Below are positions 50,110 through 63,020 of a stretch of DNA of 64,000 bases, in pieces (within the stretch, counting starts at the first letter, position 1; each line of letters starts with the position of its first letter). The position numbers and the translations under genes were made by a program. The stretch is from Scyliorhinus canicula. Lineage: Eukaryota. A model generated the notes under the pieces. That model saw only the letters and a list, made by a program, of their open reading frames with translations, searched no databases and had not been told where the DNA came from. The stretch spans positions 51,198,878-51,262,877 of the forward strand of contig NC_052163.1 of the NCBI RefSeq assembly GCF_902713615.1, given 5' to 3'.

Positions 50110-50930
50110 GCCGGCATGGTGGCACAGTCAGCACTGCTGCCTCCCAGCACCAGGGACCCAGGTTCAATTCCGACCTTGGATACCTGACTGTGGAGTTTGC
50201 ATTTTCTCCCCTTGTCTGCATGGGTTTCCTCCGGGTGCTCCGGTTTCCTCTCTCTGTCCAAAGATGTGCAGGTTAGGTGGATTGGCCATGCTCAATTACC
50301 CTTTAGTGTCCAAAGGTGTGCAGGTTAGCTGGGGTTAAGGGGATTGGGCGGGGAAGTGGACACAGGTAAGGTGCTCTTTCAGAGGGCTGGTGCAGACTCT
50401 ATGGGTTGAATGGCCTCCTTCTACACTGTAGGAATTCTAAGTCCAGGCAGGGTCACCTCCTTTGCATAAAATCCAGCCCAATGGCATAATTTTTTTTAAA
50501 AATGGGGTGACAACCTGGCGCAGTGGTTAGTACTTCTGTCTCACAGCGCCGAGGACCTGGGTTCGATCTTGGCCTTGGGTCACTGTCCGCGTGGAATTTG
50601 TACATTCTCCCCGTGTTTGCATGGGTCTCACCCCCACAACACAGGTGAATTGGCCACACTAAATTATCCCTTAATTGGAAAAAAAAATAATCGAGTACTC
50701 TAAATTTATTTGGAAAAATGAATTCGGAAGGGCAGCACGGTGGCGCCGAGGTCCCAGGTTAGATCTTGGCTCTAGGTCACTGTCCGTGTGGAGTTTGCAC
50801 ATTCTCCCTATGTTTCCGTGGGTTTCTCCCCCGTAACCCAAAGATGTGCAGGGTAAGTGGATTGGTCACATTAAGTTGCCACTTAATTTGAAAAAAATTA
50901 ATTGGGTACTCGAAATTAAGAAAAAATGAA
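50110..50930 (+). mobile_element. Cluster of three co-oriented SINEs (50110-50440, 50505-50720, 50730-50930)
   Basis: Three tRNA-like heads. The last two end in the ccttaattggaaaaa..gtactc tail also seen at 40249-40480. Confidence 0.85.
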
Positions 50931-52435
50931 TCAGGGTGTAACTTGAACATGGAAACAAATGGTGACTTGGAGGACATTGCATAGAATTAACAGCACAAGG
51001 CCAAAGCTTCCTGTCTTATTGTCAACTCTTGTGCAGAAATACTCCACCGCCGTTGAGCCGTATATTTGTACCCAGCGCCTAACATCTAATAGTCGATCGG
51101 TATCCTACCTGTGAGGTAAATTTTGTATAATTTGGAGTTGAGCGTATGAATTCCCTGAGTGGGATCAAAGCATGTTTGTTCATAATAATCTGTTTTTGGC
51201 TTATTATGCTATGATTTTTTTTCAGTGTAGTAAAACGAGGTTTCATCAATGTACATGAATATTTAACCTGATAGCTGGTTTGAAACGCTACTGTCGCTCT
51301 GCAGGCTGTTTGCTAAGTGCTCCCAAATATCACATTCTACACCGCATTTCTCAGAGGCATTTTGTTAATCTGTATGCCACAGGATAAATAAATAAAAGCA
51401 TTTGGTTTCTGAATGTAATGTAGAGATAATGAGATTGGAATGTCAAGTAGCAGCCACTTACTTCTTTTAAAATATAGAATCTTCCACATTTAATGTGCAT
51501 TGTTTAAATATCACTTCTCCACCTTTTGGCTAAGATGAGCATGAGGTCAGGTGTAATGCCTGGATCTGGTATGTCTCTCTTGTGGGGACCATGAATTGGA
51601 TTCAATTTGAATTGGTCTTTGGAGCAGGCAAAAAAAAGGTAGGGGGGAAAAATATGAAGATGTGAAATAGTAGGGGGAATGGGAGGTGCCTGAGGACTGG
51701 TGGAAGTACCTACCAGTGAGTTTTCTCCTGCTTGTCTGTCTGTGTTTACACCGCCCACTGGACCTGGGAGTATGTTTAATGGCCTGGAGAATCCCCTGTA
51801 TATCAGCCTCTTTCTCCAGTTTCACCCAGAGGTCCAGTGACTCAGCCGAATCCTTCAGTGGGACCTTAGCCTGACAGTCACAATGGTTCTCCCACTTTAG
51901 GTCCCTCATTGGCTTTTTTTAGTGCTACAGCACCATACGGCTGCATAGGTAGGCTCCCCTGTCGCAGTGACATTTCCCCTCAGAGCCAGCTATGCACAAC
52001 TGATGACTCTCCAATCCCCACCACCCCCAGTCAGGGACACGGGGCAGATACAGAGAATTGGGTAGCAATACTGCTCTGCCAGATCTCTGTCCCAAAGAGG
52101 ACAAATATGGCTTCAGTGCACCATATATTGCCTCCTGAACATCTCAGATCAACACAGAGTCAATAATGTACATCTTTGTTTGTTATTTATTTGTTATTTA
52201 CAGCCCAGAAGGAGGTCATTTGGCCCATTGTGTTGTATCAGCTCCCAAAAGAGCAACCTAGCTAGTCGTGTTCCACAACCCTATCTTCGTAGCCCTCTAA
52301 ATTAATCACTTGTGAGTATATATCCAGCTCTCTTTTGAAACCTCCAATGGAATCCACCACCACCACTCTCCCAGGCAGCGCATTCCAAACCCCAACAGCT
52401 CCTCATTTCACTCCTAGTTCTCTTGCCTCTAAGTA

Positions 52436-53282
52436 GAATCATAGAATCCTTACAGTGCAGAAGGATGCCATTTGGCCCATTGAGTCTACACTGACCCTCC
52501 GAGCAAGCACTCTACCTATCCTCGCACCCAGTAACCTAACCTACATATCTTTGGACATTAAGGGGCAATTTAGCATGGCCAATCCACCTAACCTGCACAT
52601 CGCACGAACAGATTCAAAAACATCTTCTTCCCTGCTGTTACCAGACTCCTAAATGACCCTCTCATGGACTGATGGACTTATGGACTGATCTGATCTCTTC
52701 TTACATCTTCTCTACTGAGTAGTACTACACTCCTGTATACTTTACTTGATGCCTGTGTCTATGTATTTACATTGTGTATTTTATATTTGCCCGAGTATGT
52801 TTTTTCTTTTCATGTACTGAATTATCTGTTTGAGCTGCATGCAGAACAATACTTTTCATTGTACCTCGGTGCACGTGACATTAAACCAATTGAATCAAAT
52901 CCAATCTTTGGACTGTGGGAGGAATCCGGAGCACCCGAAGGAAAACCCTGCAGTCACGGGGAGAATGTACAACTCCTCACAGCCAGTAACCCAAGGTCGT
53001 AATCAAATCCGGATCCCTGGCACGGTGAGGCTGCAGTGTTAACCACAGTGCTACTGTGCCGACGTAAGTTATTCAAGGTTTTGCATCGATTCTGCAACTC
53101 ATTTGCCATCCATAGAAGCATAGAACCCTTTCAGTGCATAAGGAGGCCATTCAGCCCATCGAATCTGCACCGACCCTCTGAAAGAGCACCCTGCCCAGGC
53201 CCCCTCCTCCTAATATCCCGGTAACCCAAGGGGAAATTTAGCATGGCCAGTCCACCTAACCTGCACATCTTCGGACTGTGGG
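52436..53282 (-). mobile_element. HE1-like SINEs: 52436-53060 (split by a Rex1-like fragment) and 53110-53282 (partial)
   Basis: The run ...aacctgcacatc at 52600 resumes as tttggactgtgggagg at about 52906. Confidence 0.85.
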
Positions 53283-54239
53283 CATTCATTTGGCATTTGT
53301 TTCATAGCTTCATAGTGTAACCTGAGCTCTTTGTTTGGATGCTTGTGCCATGTATCATTTCGAGCAACATCTACCACATCCCTAGACTTCTTTATGTTCT
53401 ACGCTCCATTGGTGTTGTGTGAGCGATGTGCTGAGCTTGACTTACTATGTTTCGTTGTTCCAAAGGGTAGCTGTACTGACAGCTTGACAGAGCAGTGCAC
53501 CATATAATCCAAGTTATGCATTATACTGGGATAAATAGATTGATCGTTTCAATGTATAGATTGAAACTTTCAGGTCCCGTCACCTATTTTCTTCTGTTTA
53601 TAGATTCACAATTTGCTCGAAAAATAATTAGAATATGCTTCAATGAGCAAAGCGGTGGCCAACAGATAGTGGGAATTAATTTTGCTTGTAGACTGCTGTT
53701 GGAATTCCAACCTAATTTTTAGTTAATATATTTATATCTGGCAGCAAGCTGCTGAAAGATACAAACAGGGATTAATATTGAGTATGTGTCAGAAGAACAA
53801 CCAATTGTGTACTCTCACACTGTATCACGTGGATACGAGTAGAAGCTGCATATTTTAAGAAGAATGCTGTACTTAACAAGTTATTGACATCAGAAAGCAA
53901 TGTCGGAAAGGATGCTGAAAACAATTAACCCATGAAACAAATTCACGCTGTTTCAAGCATTAGTATTTTTTTTGCCCGCTGTGTGTAGCTGAGCGGGAAC
54001 CACAATGGTCTGGATTCTCTGGTCCCCGGCTGACTGTTTCTTGGTGGCACTCCATTTGATGGTGGCAAGATTATCTGTTCCCGCCATTGTCAATGAGATT
54101 TCCCATTGAAGCCATCCCCACACCACTGGGAAACCCACGGGCGGGGGGTGCGCTGCCGGCAAGTCCAAAGAAACCCGACGGCTTGGGAATTCTGGCTATA
54201 TAAACATAATTCACATTTATGTGGCATTAAACCTTCCAA

Positions 54240-54435
54240 ATGAAAATGAAAAAATGAAAATGAAAATCGCTTTATTGTCACGAGTAGGCTTCAATTAAGT
54301 TAATGTGAAAAGCCCCTAGTCGCCACATTCCGGCGCCTGTCCGGGGAGGCTGGTACGGGAATCGAACCATGCTGCTGGCCTGCTTGGTCTGCTTTAAAAG
54401 CCAGCGATTTAGCCCAGTGAGCTAAACCAGCCCCT
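54240..54435 (-). mobile_element. Short tRNA-derived SINE
   Basis: Reverse complement of the 9682-9870 family, with a (TGAAAA)n tail on the + strand. Confidence 0.88.
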
Positions 54436-54727
54436 AAATGTAGGCTCTGTTTTGATCAACTGGAGGAAGGAAATCCAGTTGAGATCACAACTGTATCAAA
54501 ATGCCCAGAAGTGCTGTTGGCTTCTTTTAAATGAGTTGCTGTTGTGATGTCACTCAGCCCATTAGTGCCTTTTTGCAATGCCCTGAACAGTCCCAGTTGC
54601 TTTAATTAAACAGCACTTGAACTTCCCAATATTATGGATTTAGTTTCTAATCTTGCAGCCTGTTCACAAAAAAATTGAAGCATTTCAGACCTTAATTAGA
54701 TAAGGAGAGAGAAAGAGTGATGAGTAC

Positions 54728-55117
54728 CTGAGAATCCCAACGTGCCCCCTCCATGAACAGACCGTGTACATAGGCACCTTCGCGGGGCGGACTGCTGCAA
54801 TCCTCGCGGTTTTTCTTTGTGACGTCACACTGAAGACACATTTTGTCTAAAGGCCACTCATTCCTCCTGGCCATAGACTGCATGATGGCCGTGAGGAAAG
54901 ACTGTGGGTTGAAGAAGCCGGCGAGCCACACTGCCGAAGGGAGGGCAAAGTCGGAGGTCCAGGTTTCCAGTTCCTTGATGCGGCTGAGGAGGTCCACAAA
55001 CCAGTTGGCGAGCCCAGCCATTGATGGGTAGGCTCGTTTATTCCAAGAATCAGGCACTTGATCAAAGAAGATGGCATTTTGCAGATTCTCCATGTCAGTG
55101 GTCATGGTCAGTTCTCC
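54728..55117 (-). CDS. DNAH9: Axonemal dynein heavy chain (DNAH9-like), penultimate coding exon
   Basis: Minus strand reads tttttcttctcag|GGAGAACTG...TCTCAG|gtactc. 390 nt, phase 0/0. Encodes [15 protein letters not shown]...[17 protein letters not shown]...WPLD...[21 protein letters not shown] and joins both neighbouring exons in frame. Confidence 0.95.
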
Positions 55118-55654
55118 CTGAGAAGAAAAAGCGGCAAGAAGGAAAAGTTCAGTGGAACTGATTGGCTCAGAGGATCAGGGCGCACACCTATGTTTTTGAT
55201 CACACCTATTTCTTTTTGACCTTTGGCAAAAAACTTGGCCAAAAAAATCACCATGATGTGAGAATTGATTTTACGATAAAATACGTAAATTGTGCAAGCA
55301 TTCTTTTTTGATTATCTGAATAAATTAAACCTGCCGTTACATGCTTCACCCATGCATTAAATGCATAGGGCTTGGAGGGAGCAGAGAAATGTAAAGTCCC
55401 CTCCTGATAGGGCAGTAAACAGGAGTAAAGTGGTAAAGGTGCCTTTGTGCTCTTGGCTATCTGAAGAACATTTTGCTTTCTGAAAAGTTGTGAAGAAAAC
55501 CTTCCCAGGTGGCATATAAAGGTTCAAGAGAATTAGTCCATTCTATTGAGCTTCATCGATAGACACATGGGCCCAATTTTAACCCACTCAAAACCAATCC
55601 ACCATCAGAGTTAAATAGTGGAGCATAGTGTACAGGAACCCTTGGAATATTATG

Positions 55655-55985
55655 TATGGTGGCACAATGTTTAGCGCTGCTGTCTCACAGTGCCAGGGAC
55701 CCGAGTTCGATTCCAGCCTTGGGTGACTGTGTGGAGTTTGCACGTTTGCCCTGTGTCTGTTTGGGTTTTCTGTGCGTGCTCCGGTTTTCTCCCACAGTTC
55801 AAAGATGTGCAGGTTAGATGACTGGCCAAGCAAAATTGTCCCTTAGTGTCAAAAGACATGCAGGCTAGGTGGGGTTACAGTGGGGGAGTGAGCATTGGTA
55901 GGGTGCACTTTCAGAGGGTTGGTGCAGATTCGATGGGCTGAGTGGCCTCCTTCTGCATTGTAGGGGTCTGTATGGTTCTATGATA
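55655..55985 (+). mobile_element. HE1-like SINE
   Basis: Head ggtggcacaatgtttagc and tail gtggcctccttctgcattgtagg. Confidence 0.85.
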
Positions 55986-56759
55986 CTCAGGCTGTAACTT
56001 TGACCTTGGATAGTATCTTAACATAGATGAGTTTGATGAGCCACCTGTTATACACTCCATATTCCTCTATGATTCGGCCTTTTACAGTCTGCAAATGCTT
56101 ACATATTTAACTGTCTCAGTCTGCGTCTGGACAATTATAGAGTTGCCTCTTCAACAGGTCAGCATAAGACAGAGAGGGGCCAGGCAATGTAGACATTGGT
56201 GAGAGTTTTACAGTCACTCTCGCCTGGTGGGGTATTATGGTGCCACCAAGGTGAATAGTAATGTAAATGGCTCACTGCATCCACTGGAGTAGGGGAGGGG
56301 GGATGGGGTTGGATACAAACACACACCATGGAGGGCTGTAAAATCCTGGTTGCTGTTTGTTTCGGTGGCGATTTAAGTATGTTGTAAGTCCTTTGCAGTT
56401 CTTTAAACACAACTTTCTCACCAATGGCTTTTAGAAGTCAAGAAGTGCATACGTAAGTTTTAGCTTTGCATTCACACCTCAGAAGCTGAGAGATGAAGCT
56501 TTGTTCTAGGTGTTGCAGTTTGTCAGAGTGGCTGTCTTTCAAATGGGATGTTAATCAAAGGCTCTATCTACCTGTCAGATGGATGTAGAACATCCATGGC
56601 ACTATTTAGAGAGGAGCAAGAGAGGTTTGCCCGCTGATCTAGCTAACATTTACACCTTATTAACCAGTCACTCACTTCGCTGTTTGTAGAACCTCGCTGT
56701 GCATTAATTAACTGCGTGTCGATCTATACAGTAGTCCAGAAGGAACGTTGACATACTGA

Positions 56760-57100
56760 ATCATTGAATCATAGAATTTACAGTGCAGAAGGAGGCCATT
56801 TAGCCCATCGAGTCATCACCGGCCCTTGGAAAGAGCACCTACTTAAGCCTAGGCTTCCATCCCATCTCTGTAACCCAGAAACCCCACCTAACATTTTGGA
56901 CACTAAGGGACAATTTTAACATGGCCAATCCACCTAACTTGCACTTGTTTGGAATGTGGGAGGAAACCTGAGCACCCGGAGGAAACCCATGAAGTAACGG
57001 GGAGAAAGTGCAAACTCCACATAGTCACCCGAGGCTGGAATTGAACCCGGTCTCAGGAGCTGTGAGGCAGTAGTGCTAAACACTGTGCCACCATGTCGCC
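56760..57100 (-). mobile_element. HE1-like SINE
   Basis: catagaatttacagtgcagaaggaggcc...cactgtgccaccatg. Confidence 0.85.
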
Positions 57101-58390
57101 CTAATGTATAGGATAATCATAAAGAATGAGGAAGCACTCAAAGGATTGAAATCCTTGGAAGTTGATAAGTCACCAGGGCCAGATGGATTGTTTCTTATGC
57201 TACCGAAGAAGGTCAGGGAGGAGATAGCAGATACTCTGAGGATGATTTTACAATCCTCACTTGCTGCGGAGGTGACCCAACCGGGAATCAAATCAGGGAA
57301 CCTGGAGCTGTGAAGCAACTGTGCTAACCACTGTGCTAACGTGCTGCCACGGAAAAGTTGCTTCAAATGGTATTCCACAGGGCTCGATGGGGAATCCTTA
57401 CTGTTTGTGTTATTTATGTTATATATTAATGATTTGGACGTGAATGAGGGGAGCATGATTGGTAAATTTGCAGATGATGCAAAGATTGACCGAATGGTGG
57501 ATCTTGTAGAGGATAGCTATAATCTTCAAAACAGTATAGATGGATTGGTGGAGGGGTTGATAAAGTGGCAGATGGAATTTAACACAGAGATGTGTGAGGT
57601 CATGCATTTAGGGAGGTCAAACTGTTGTAGGGAGTACACAATAAATGGGAATATACTAAGTGGAGTAGATTAAGTGAGAGTTCTTGGTGTACAGGTACAC
57701 AGGTCCCTAAAGGCAGCAGTTCAAGTAGATAATACTGTTAAAAAAGCATATAGGATCTCTTTCATTGGCAGAGATATAGAATATAAAAGTAAGGATATAA
57801 TATGAGAATTGTATAAAGCACTGGTGAGGCCCCAACTGGAATATTGTGTGCAGTTCTGATCACCTCACTTGACAGGAAGGACATTATTGCTCTGGAGAGA
57901 GTGCAGAGGATGTTTACAAGAATGTTGCCAGGGCTAGGAAACTATGGCTACAAGGAGAGACTGGATAGGTCGGGGTTATTTTCCTTGGAACAAAGAAGGC
58001 TGAGGGGTGACTTAATAGAGGTGTACAAAATTATGAGGGGAAGAAAGGGTGAACAGGAAAAAAATTGTTTCCCTTGGTAGAGAATTCTAGAACCGGGGAC
58101 GTAGATTCAAGATAAGTGGCAGAAGGTGCAGAGGGGACATAAGGAAACATTTTTTTATGCAGAGGGCAGTGGGAGTCTGGAATTCGCTGCCCAAGTTGGT
58201 GGTGAGGCAGAGAACCTAAATTCTTTCAAAAGTTACCTGGATCTGCACATAAGTGTTCTAAGCTACAAGGCTATGGGCTGGGTGCAGGAAGGTGAGATTA
58301 GTTAGTGTACCTGGGTGTCCTCGGGCTGGCATGGACAAGATGGGCTGAGTGGTCTTCTTCTATGCTGCAATTTTTTTACGATTCTACATG
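57100..58390 (+). mobile_element. Degenerate CR1 ORF2 remnant with an internal deletion and a SINE head fragment (57260-57350)
   Basis: VDKSPGPDG, YINDLD..KFADD, KWQMEFN and LERVQRMFTRMLPG motifs. Confidence 0.88.
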
Positions 58391-59033
58391 AACACTGATG
58401 ATGCTTGGAATGTAATTGTAAGTACAAAGATATTTGGTACATACTGATACCATGGAAGATTATTCTTCCTTTGTAAACACTTGCGTTTATTGTGTACTTA
58501 ATCAAATTCTTCCATGGCAAGAAAATGCTGTATAGTAATTGATAATTCAAGCAGTAAGAGTTATGTTAGAAGGTGGCGATGGTCATCTCACTGGACTAGT
58601 AATACTGAGGTCTCTGGTAATGTTCCAGAACATGGCTTCAAATCTCGCCAAGGCAGTTGGTGAAAACTAAATTAAACTAATAAAATTTGGAACATAAAGC
58701 CAGTTTCAATCATAGGTTGTTGTAAAAACCCATCTGATTCATTAATGTCCTTGAGGAAGGAAATCTGCTATCCATATCTGGCCCAGCTTACATGTAACTC
58801 TGCAGTGGCCTTAGCAATTGACTCAGTTCAAAGGGCAATTAGGGAAGGGCGACAAATGCTGGCCTGGCCAGTGATGCCTAAATCCCATGAAAGATTTTTG
58901 ACAAGTATGAATGGATCATTTGAAGAGGTTTTCAGTAATCCCAGGTTTATTAAGTTTTTAAAGAAATTAATAATTTTGACGAATCATAAATGCAAGCGGT
59001 TTTATTCAGCCGTCAGGACGTCTTACAAGGTAC

Positions 59034-59216
59034 CTTTAATCCCAAGTCCAGCTCCTTGAGTGAGCGCTTGATCTCCGAGGTAAGAACGTTCATTCTCTCA
59101 CACTCCTGGAAAGCCACCACGATGTAGGGAGTGCGCTCCTCTGCTTTGCTCATCAACTCTGAGATATTAAACTCCTCTGGTAACTTTTCCATTACCTCGT
59201 CCAAAGTAGCCTTTAC
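59034..59216 (-). CDS. DNAH9: Axonemal dynein heavy chain (DNAH9-like), third-to-last coding exon
   Basis: Minus strand reads ttccag|GTAAAG...TTAAAG|gtacct. 183 nt, phase 0/0. Encodes VKATLDEVMEKLPEEFNISELMSKAEERTPYIVVAFQECERMNVLTSEIKRSLKELDLGLK, part of the dynein C-terminal domain. Confidence 0.93.
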
Positions 59217-59493
59217 CTGGAATGCCAAAGAATAGAGAGATGTGAGTACCTCCACAGGATCGGGCCCTGGTAGCTTTCTGCTTAATGGGTTAGAACTTTG
59301 TTTCTTCAGTCACGGCTGAGATTTACTGCTTTGAATGTGATCCATTTCCCACTCTGCTGATGTATGACAACAATATTTATGACTAATTGAACAGTGGATG
59401 CAACTTAAGAGTTAGCACTTTAAATGGTGAGAGAGGCATAAGTCAATGGATAGCATTTGTCACCCAGCAGTCACCCATCCAGCTGAGCTGGAG

Positions 59494-60070
59494 TCATGAA
59501 CAGCCTTGGCACCTGTGAATGTTGGAGGATGTATATGCATCATGAGAGCTGCCAGGGTACCCTGCGCAGACTGGCAGAATCTGCATCTTGTGGTCCCATA
59601 TTAACTGCATGTTCATGGAGTGGAAGTCCTTCCTATTCAGGAAGGTACATAGCTCACCCATTGGTGCCATGATTGCCATGTGAATGCAGTCGATGGCACC
59701 CTGTATGTGGAGGAATCCTTCAATCACAGCAAAGCCTCATGCTCACTAGATAGCCTCATCTGTCCAGTAATGAATAAATGTCATGACCCACTTGAACAGC
59801 GCGCAGTGTCAGCTTGACACCATTGTGGGACACTCCACATAGGTCACGGAGTGACCCCTGGAAAGAACCATAAAGGTTGAAGGTTACTGTGACCTTTAGA
59901 GCCATTGACATGGAGGTGATCACCCACACAGTTGGAGGTGATATCTGGCCCTATCACCTGACTTATGGAGGTCACAGTCTCACCGGAGAGATGGAACCTT
60001 CTGTGGTACTGCACCTCTGGTATGTTGAGGAGGCTGAATCACTGCCTGTACACTCTGGCAGCAGGAGAAT
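59494..60070 (-). pseudogene. PIF/Harbinger transposase N-terminal and catalytic remnant
   Basis: GF..IQGAIDCIH..NRKDFHSMNMQLIWDH..YPGSSHDAY matches the first two catalytic Asp motifs of HARBI1/DDE_Tnp_4. An upstream GSFQG motif lies at about 59855-59870. Confidence 0.88.
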
Positions 60071-60654
60071 GGTGTTTCCTCCTTCCACTTTGCACTCCCT
60101 GCTGGCCCTGCATCCATTGTGCCTGCGCCTCTCTTCACACAGGCCATTCCCTGCGAAGCTGCCTGTGGACACCAGGCCTCCTCTCACTTTTGCCCCTGTC
60201 TTCCTCCTCCTCGGAGCTCCCATCAGTGGAACAGATAGCCCCCATTACCAGAGAAACAGAAAGATCTCTGGTGATCAGAAGGCTTCACAATGGTATAAAT
60301 CCTCCAGGAGTCTTGGAGACACCAGTGAGTCCTGAAATAAAGGTTAGCAATGCAAAAACTGAAAATAAATACAGATAAAGCTAACAAGATTTCCTAAGCA
60401 CCAGCAGCAGACCATCTCCCAAACATCTCACTACTCAAAGTAGCAATGTCCGGACACATTTTATCCCGCCCTTGGGAGACAATGAAAAAATGGATTGTCC
60501 ACCTGGCCTTTCTGCCTGTGAGACGAGCGTGAAATCACAGGCTGAATGTAAAATCTCATTCAATAGGCGTTTTAATGGCCTTAATTGACCCTTTGATTGT
60601 CAGCGGATGCGGCTCTAACTCCCACACGCGCCCGCCAACCTCAATATTACAGCG

Positions 60655-60962
60655 ACACATTAACACAGCGGTTAGCACTGTTGCTTCGCAGCGCCAGGGT
60701 CCCAGGTTCGATTCCCGGCTTGGGTCACTGTTTGTGCAGAGTCTGCATGTTCTCCCTGTGTCTGCGTGGGTTTCTTCCGGGTGCTTCGGTTTCCCTCCAC
60801 AAGTCCTGAAAGACATGCTGTTAGGTAATTTGTACATTCTGAATTCTCCCTCCGTGTATCCGAACAGGCGCCATAATCTGGCGACTAGGGGCTTTTGACA
60901 GTAACTTCATTGCAGTGTTAATGTAAGCCTACTTGTGACAATAAAAATTATTATTATTATTA
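60655..60962 (+). mobile_element. tRNA-derived SINE with (TTA)n tail
   Basis: B-box ggttcgattccc; ends gcctacttgtgacaataaaa(tta)n. Confidence 0.88.
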
Positions 60963-61923
60963 ACAGCAGGTCGCACACTCGATGTCACCTCACGCCAGAC
61001 TGCAGAATGCAAAATGCAAGCCAGCGACTAGTTCAGTTAAGTTTTTGCTGAACACAATCAAGTCTGACAGAGCTGTCAGGCTGGATATCTTGGTCTCCCT
61101 GTGGAACTTTCTCAAGCTTCTCTGTCTTGCTCCTTTCTCTCAGTCTTCATCAGTTGCTCTCGCTCACTGTTGAGGTAGAGAAGAGGAAGCTGTATGCTGC
61201 ATAAGTTCCATGGGGGAACATTGGCTGAACTGAACATTGACTCGAGCTATAAGGTAAAATGGTGTATGCCCTAGAATGAATATCCTCAACATGTTAAACT
61301 CTAAACCTTGGCAACAAAATAAGTTTGCTTGAACATCATACTGATCGGATTTGGAATTCACCACCTTTAAACTGATGTTGACATTTAATGAAAGCAGTCG
61401 GTGCTGCTATTAAATATGTTCTGTCACATTTAATGCTTTCTGGTTACCTTCTGTATATTGAGCGATTGTGGGAACTGACACTAATTTGCTCCTTGTTTTC
61501 ACTGTATTGTGTTTTATGTTAACATTGTCCTATTTTACTTGACACATTGGAATGTAAACTTGCAGCAGAATCACTGCTACCTAGATTCTTGTCACAGAAA
61601 TTAAAAGAAAAAAAAAGGAAAAACAATCTGCTTGTGTATTATACCGCTGACACACAGCTCAGCATGGGATGGGTTTTATGCCCACCCCACCGCCCGCTGG
61701 ATGTGTTTTCACAGGGTTGCGGGGGGACATATAAAACTTGTTGGGTAGCTAGCCCACCACCTTCATTCCACCCCTGGTCCAATCCCCATAAAATGGCAGA
61801 CAGGCAGTCAAATTGGCAGCTTGCCCATTATAGAACAAAAAAGGGCAATTCAGCTTGTTAACAAGCCAACCGCCCAAATATTATGCTAGCCATGCAATAA
61901 TACAGTTGGTATGGGCAGGCAGG

Positions 61924-62305
61924 TGTCATAATATACACCAGTATATTATGGTGCAGACACACATACTGATGGACACACAGTAGGAGCAATCAACACGCAC
62001 AACACCGCAGCCAATCACCAGTTAGAGCACACTCACTATAAAGACAGAGGGCATCAGTTTTCCCGCTCATTCGGGATGCAGCCTTTCAGAAGGACAGAGC
62101 TTACAGCTTACAGTACAGATCTTCACCATGTGCTGAGTGATTAGACTGGTTAGGATAGGCATAGGTCTTTAGTTTAATCTAACATCGTGTTAACCCACAG
62201 TAAGAGTATGTTCAACAGTTTCTAGCTTAACAAAATAGTGTTGTACTATTTTAAGAGTTTGGTAGCCTGTATGTGTTCCACGGATCCAGAGCACCCAACA
62301 CATCA
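61924..62305 (+). mobile_element. Solo LTR (382 bp)
   Basis: TG...CA termini, CCAAT (about 62011) and TATAAA (about 62037), with 5-bp flanks gcagg/gcggg. Confidence 0.8.
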
Positions 62306-62722
62306 GCGGGCAGGAGACAGGAAGCCATTTTTTAAACTACTTTGTTGAAAGGATGGGAAGTATGAGGAGAGGATATTCAGCGGGTGCCCTGTGAGCGTTG
62401 GGTGCAACCTCTCCCAAGGATGTAACCTCCCCATTGTGCCGCCCTGTCTGGCTTCAAATCACATCCCCTCGCCAGGCTCCCCGATATGCATTCCCCTGCC
62501 ATCCAAAACCTCAGACATCCCTGGGTCCGTACGTCATGGCTGTCTTCATCCCGGGAGCTACTTGGAGTCCTAGCGGCATCCACTGTTCGATTCTGGTGCT
62601 GCTGGGACTGCTAGAGCGGCTTGTCAATCAAATTGTCCAGCAGCTATTGAGGGTGGGACATCCTCTGGAGGGGACCCGCACCTCTTAAGGTGCCTGGAGT
62701 AAGGTATTGGTGCAGGGTTGTG

Positions 62723-63020
62723 TGATGAATGTAACTTGGTAATTCAAACTGTATTTACCAATACCTTTGTAAGCGCAGTAGCGTTATCCGACCACAAGGG
62801 GGAGTAGCTCTGGGAATGCTCAGGAGTTTGTACAGGGCTCCACCCTTGGCTCCGCCTACGACTCCTCCCCCCTGTGCTGCTGTATAAATACCCTTGTCCA
62901 GAGTAAGCCTGGAGTTCATCGAGAGTTTATCAACGGGTAACAGGCTGGCTCTGTAGTAAGTAGATTAAAACCACTGTTCATATCTGAAAGCACGTGTCTG
63001 GTGAATTGATGGTTCCATCA
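62723..63020 (+). mobile_element. 5' LTR (298 bp) of a Gypsy retrotransposon
   Basis: TGATG...CATCA inverted termini, TATAAA at 62883 and ATTAAA at 62964. Confidence 0.85.

Noticed and set aside
59494-59727. Domesticated HARBI1 gene
   Set aside because: Fragmentary, with stops and frameshifts, and embedded in transposon sequence; it is a decayed element.
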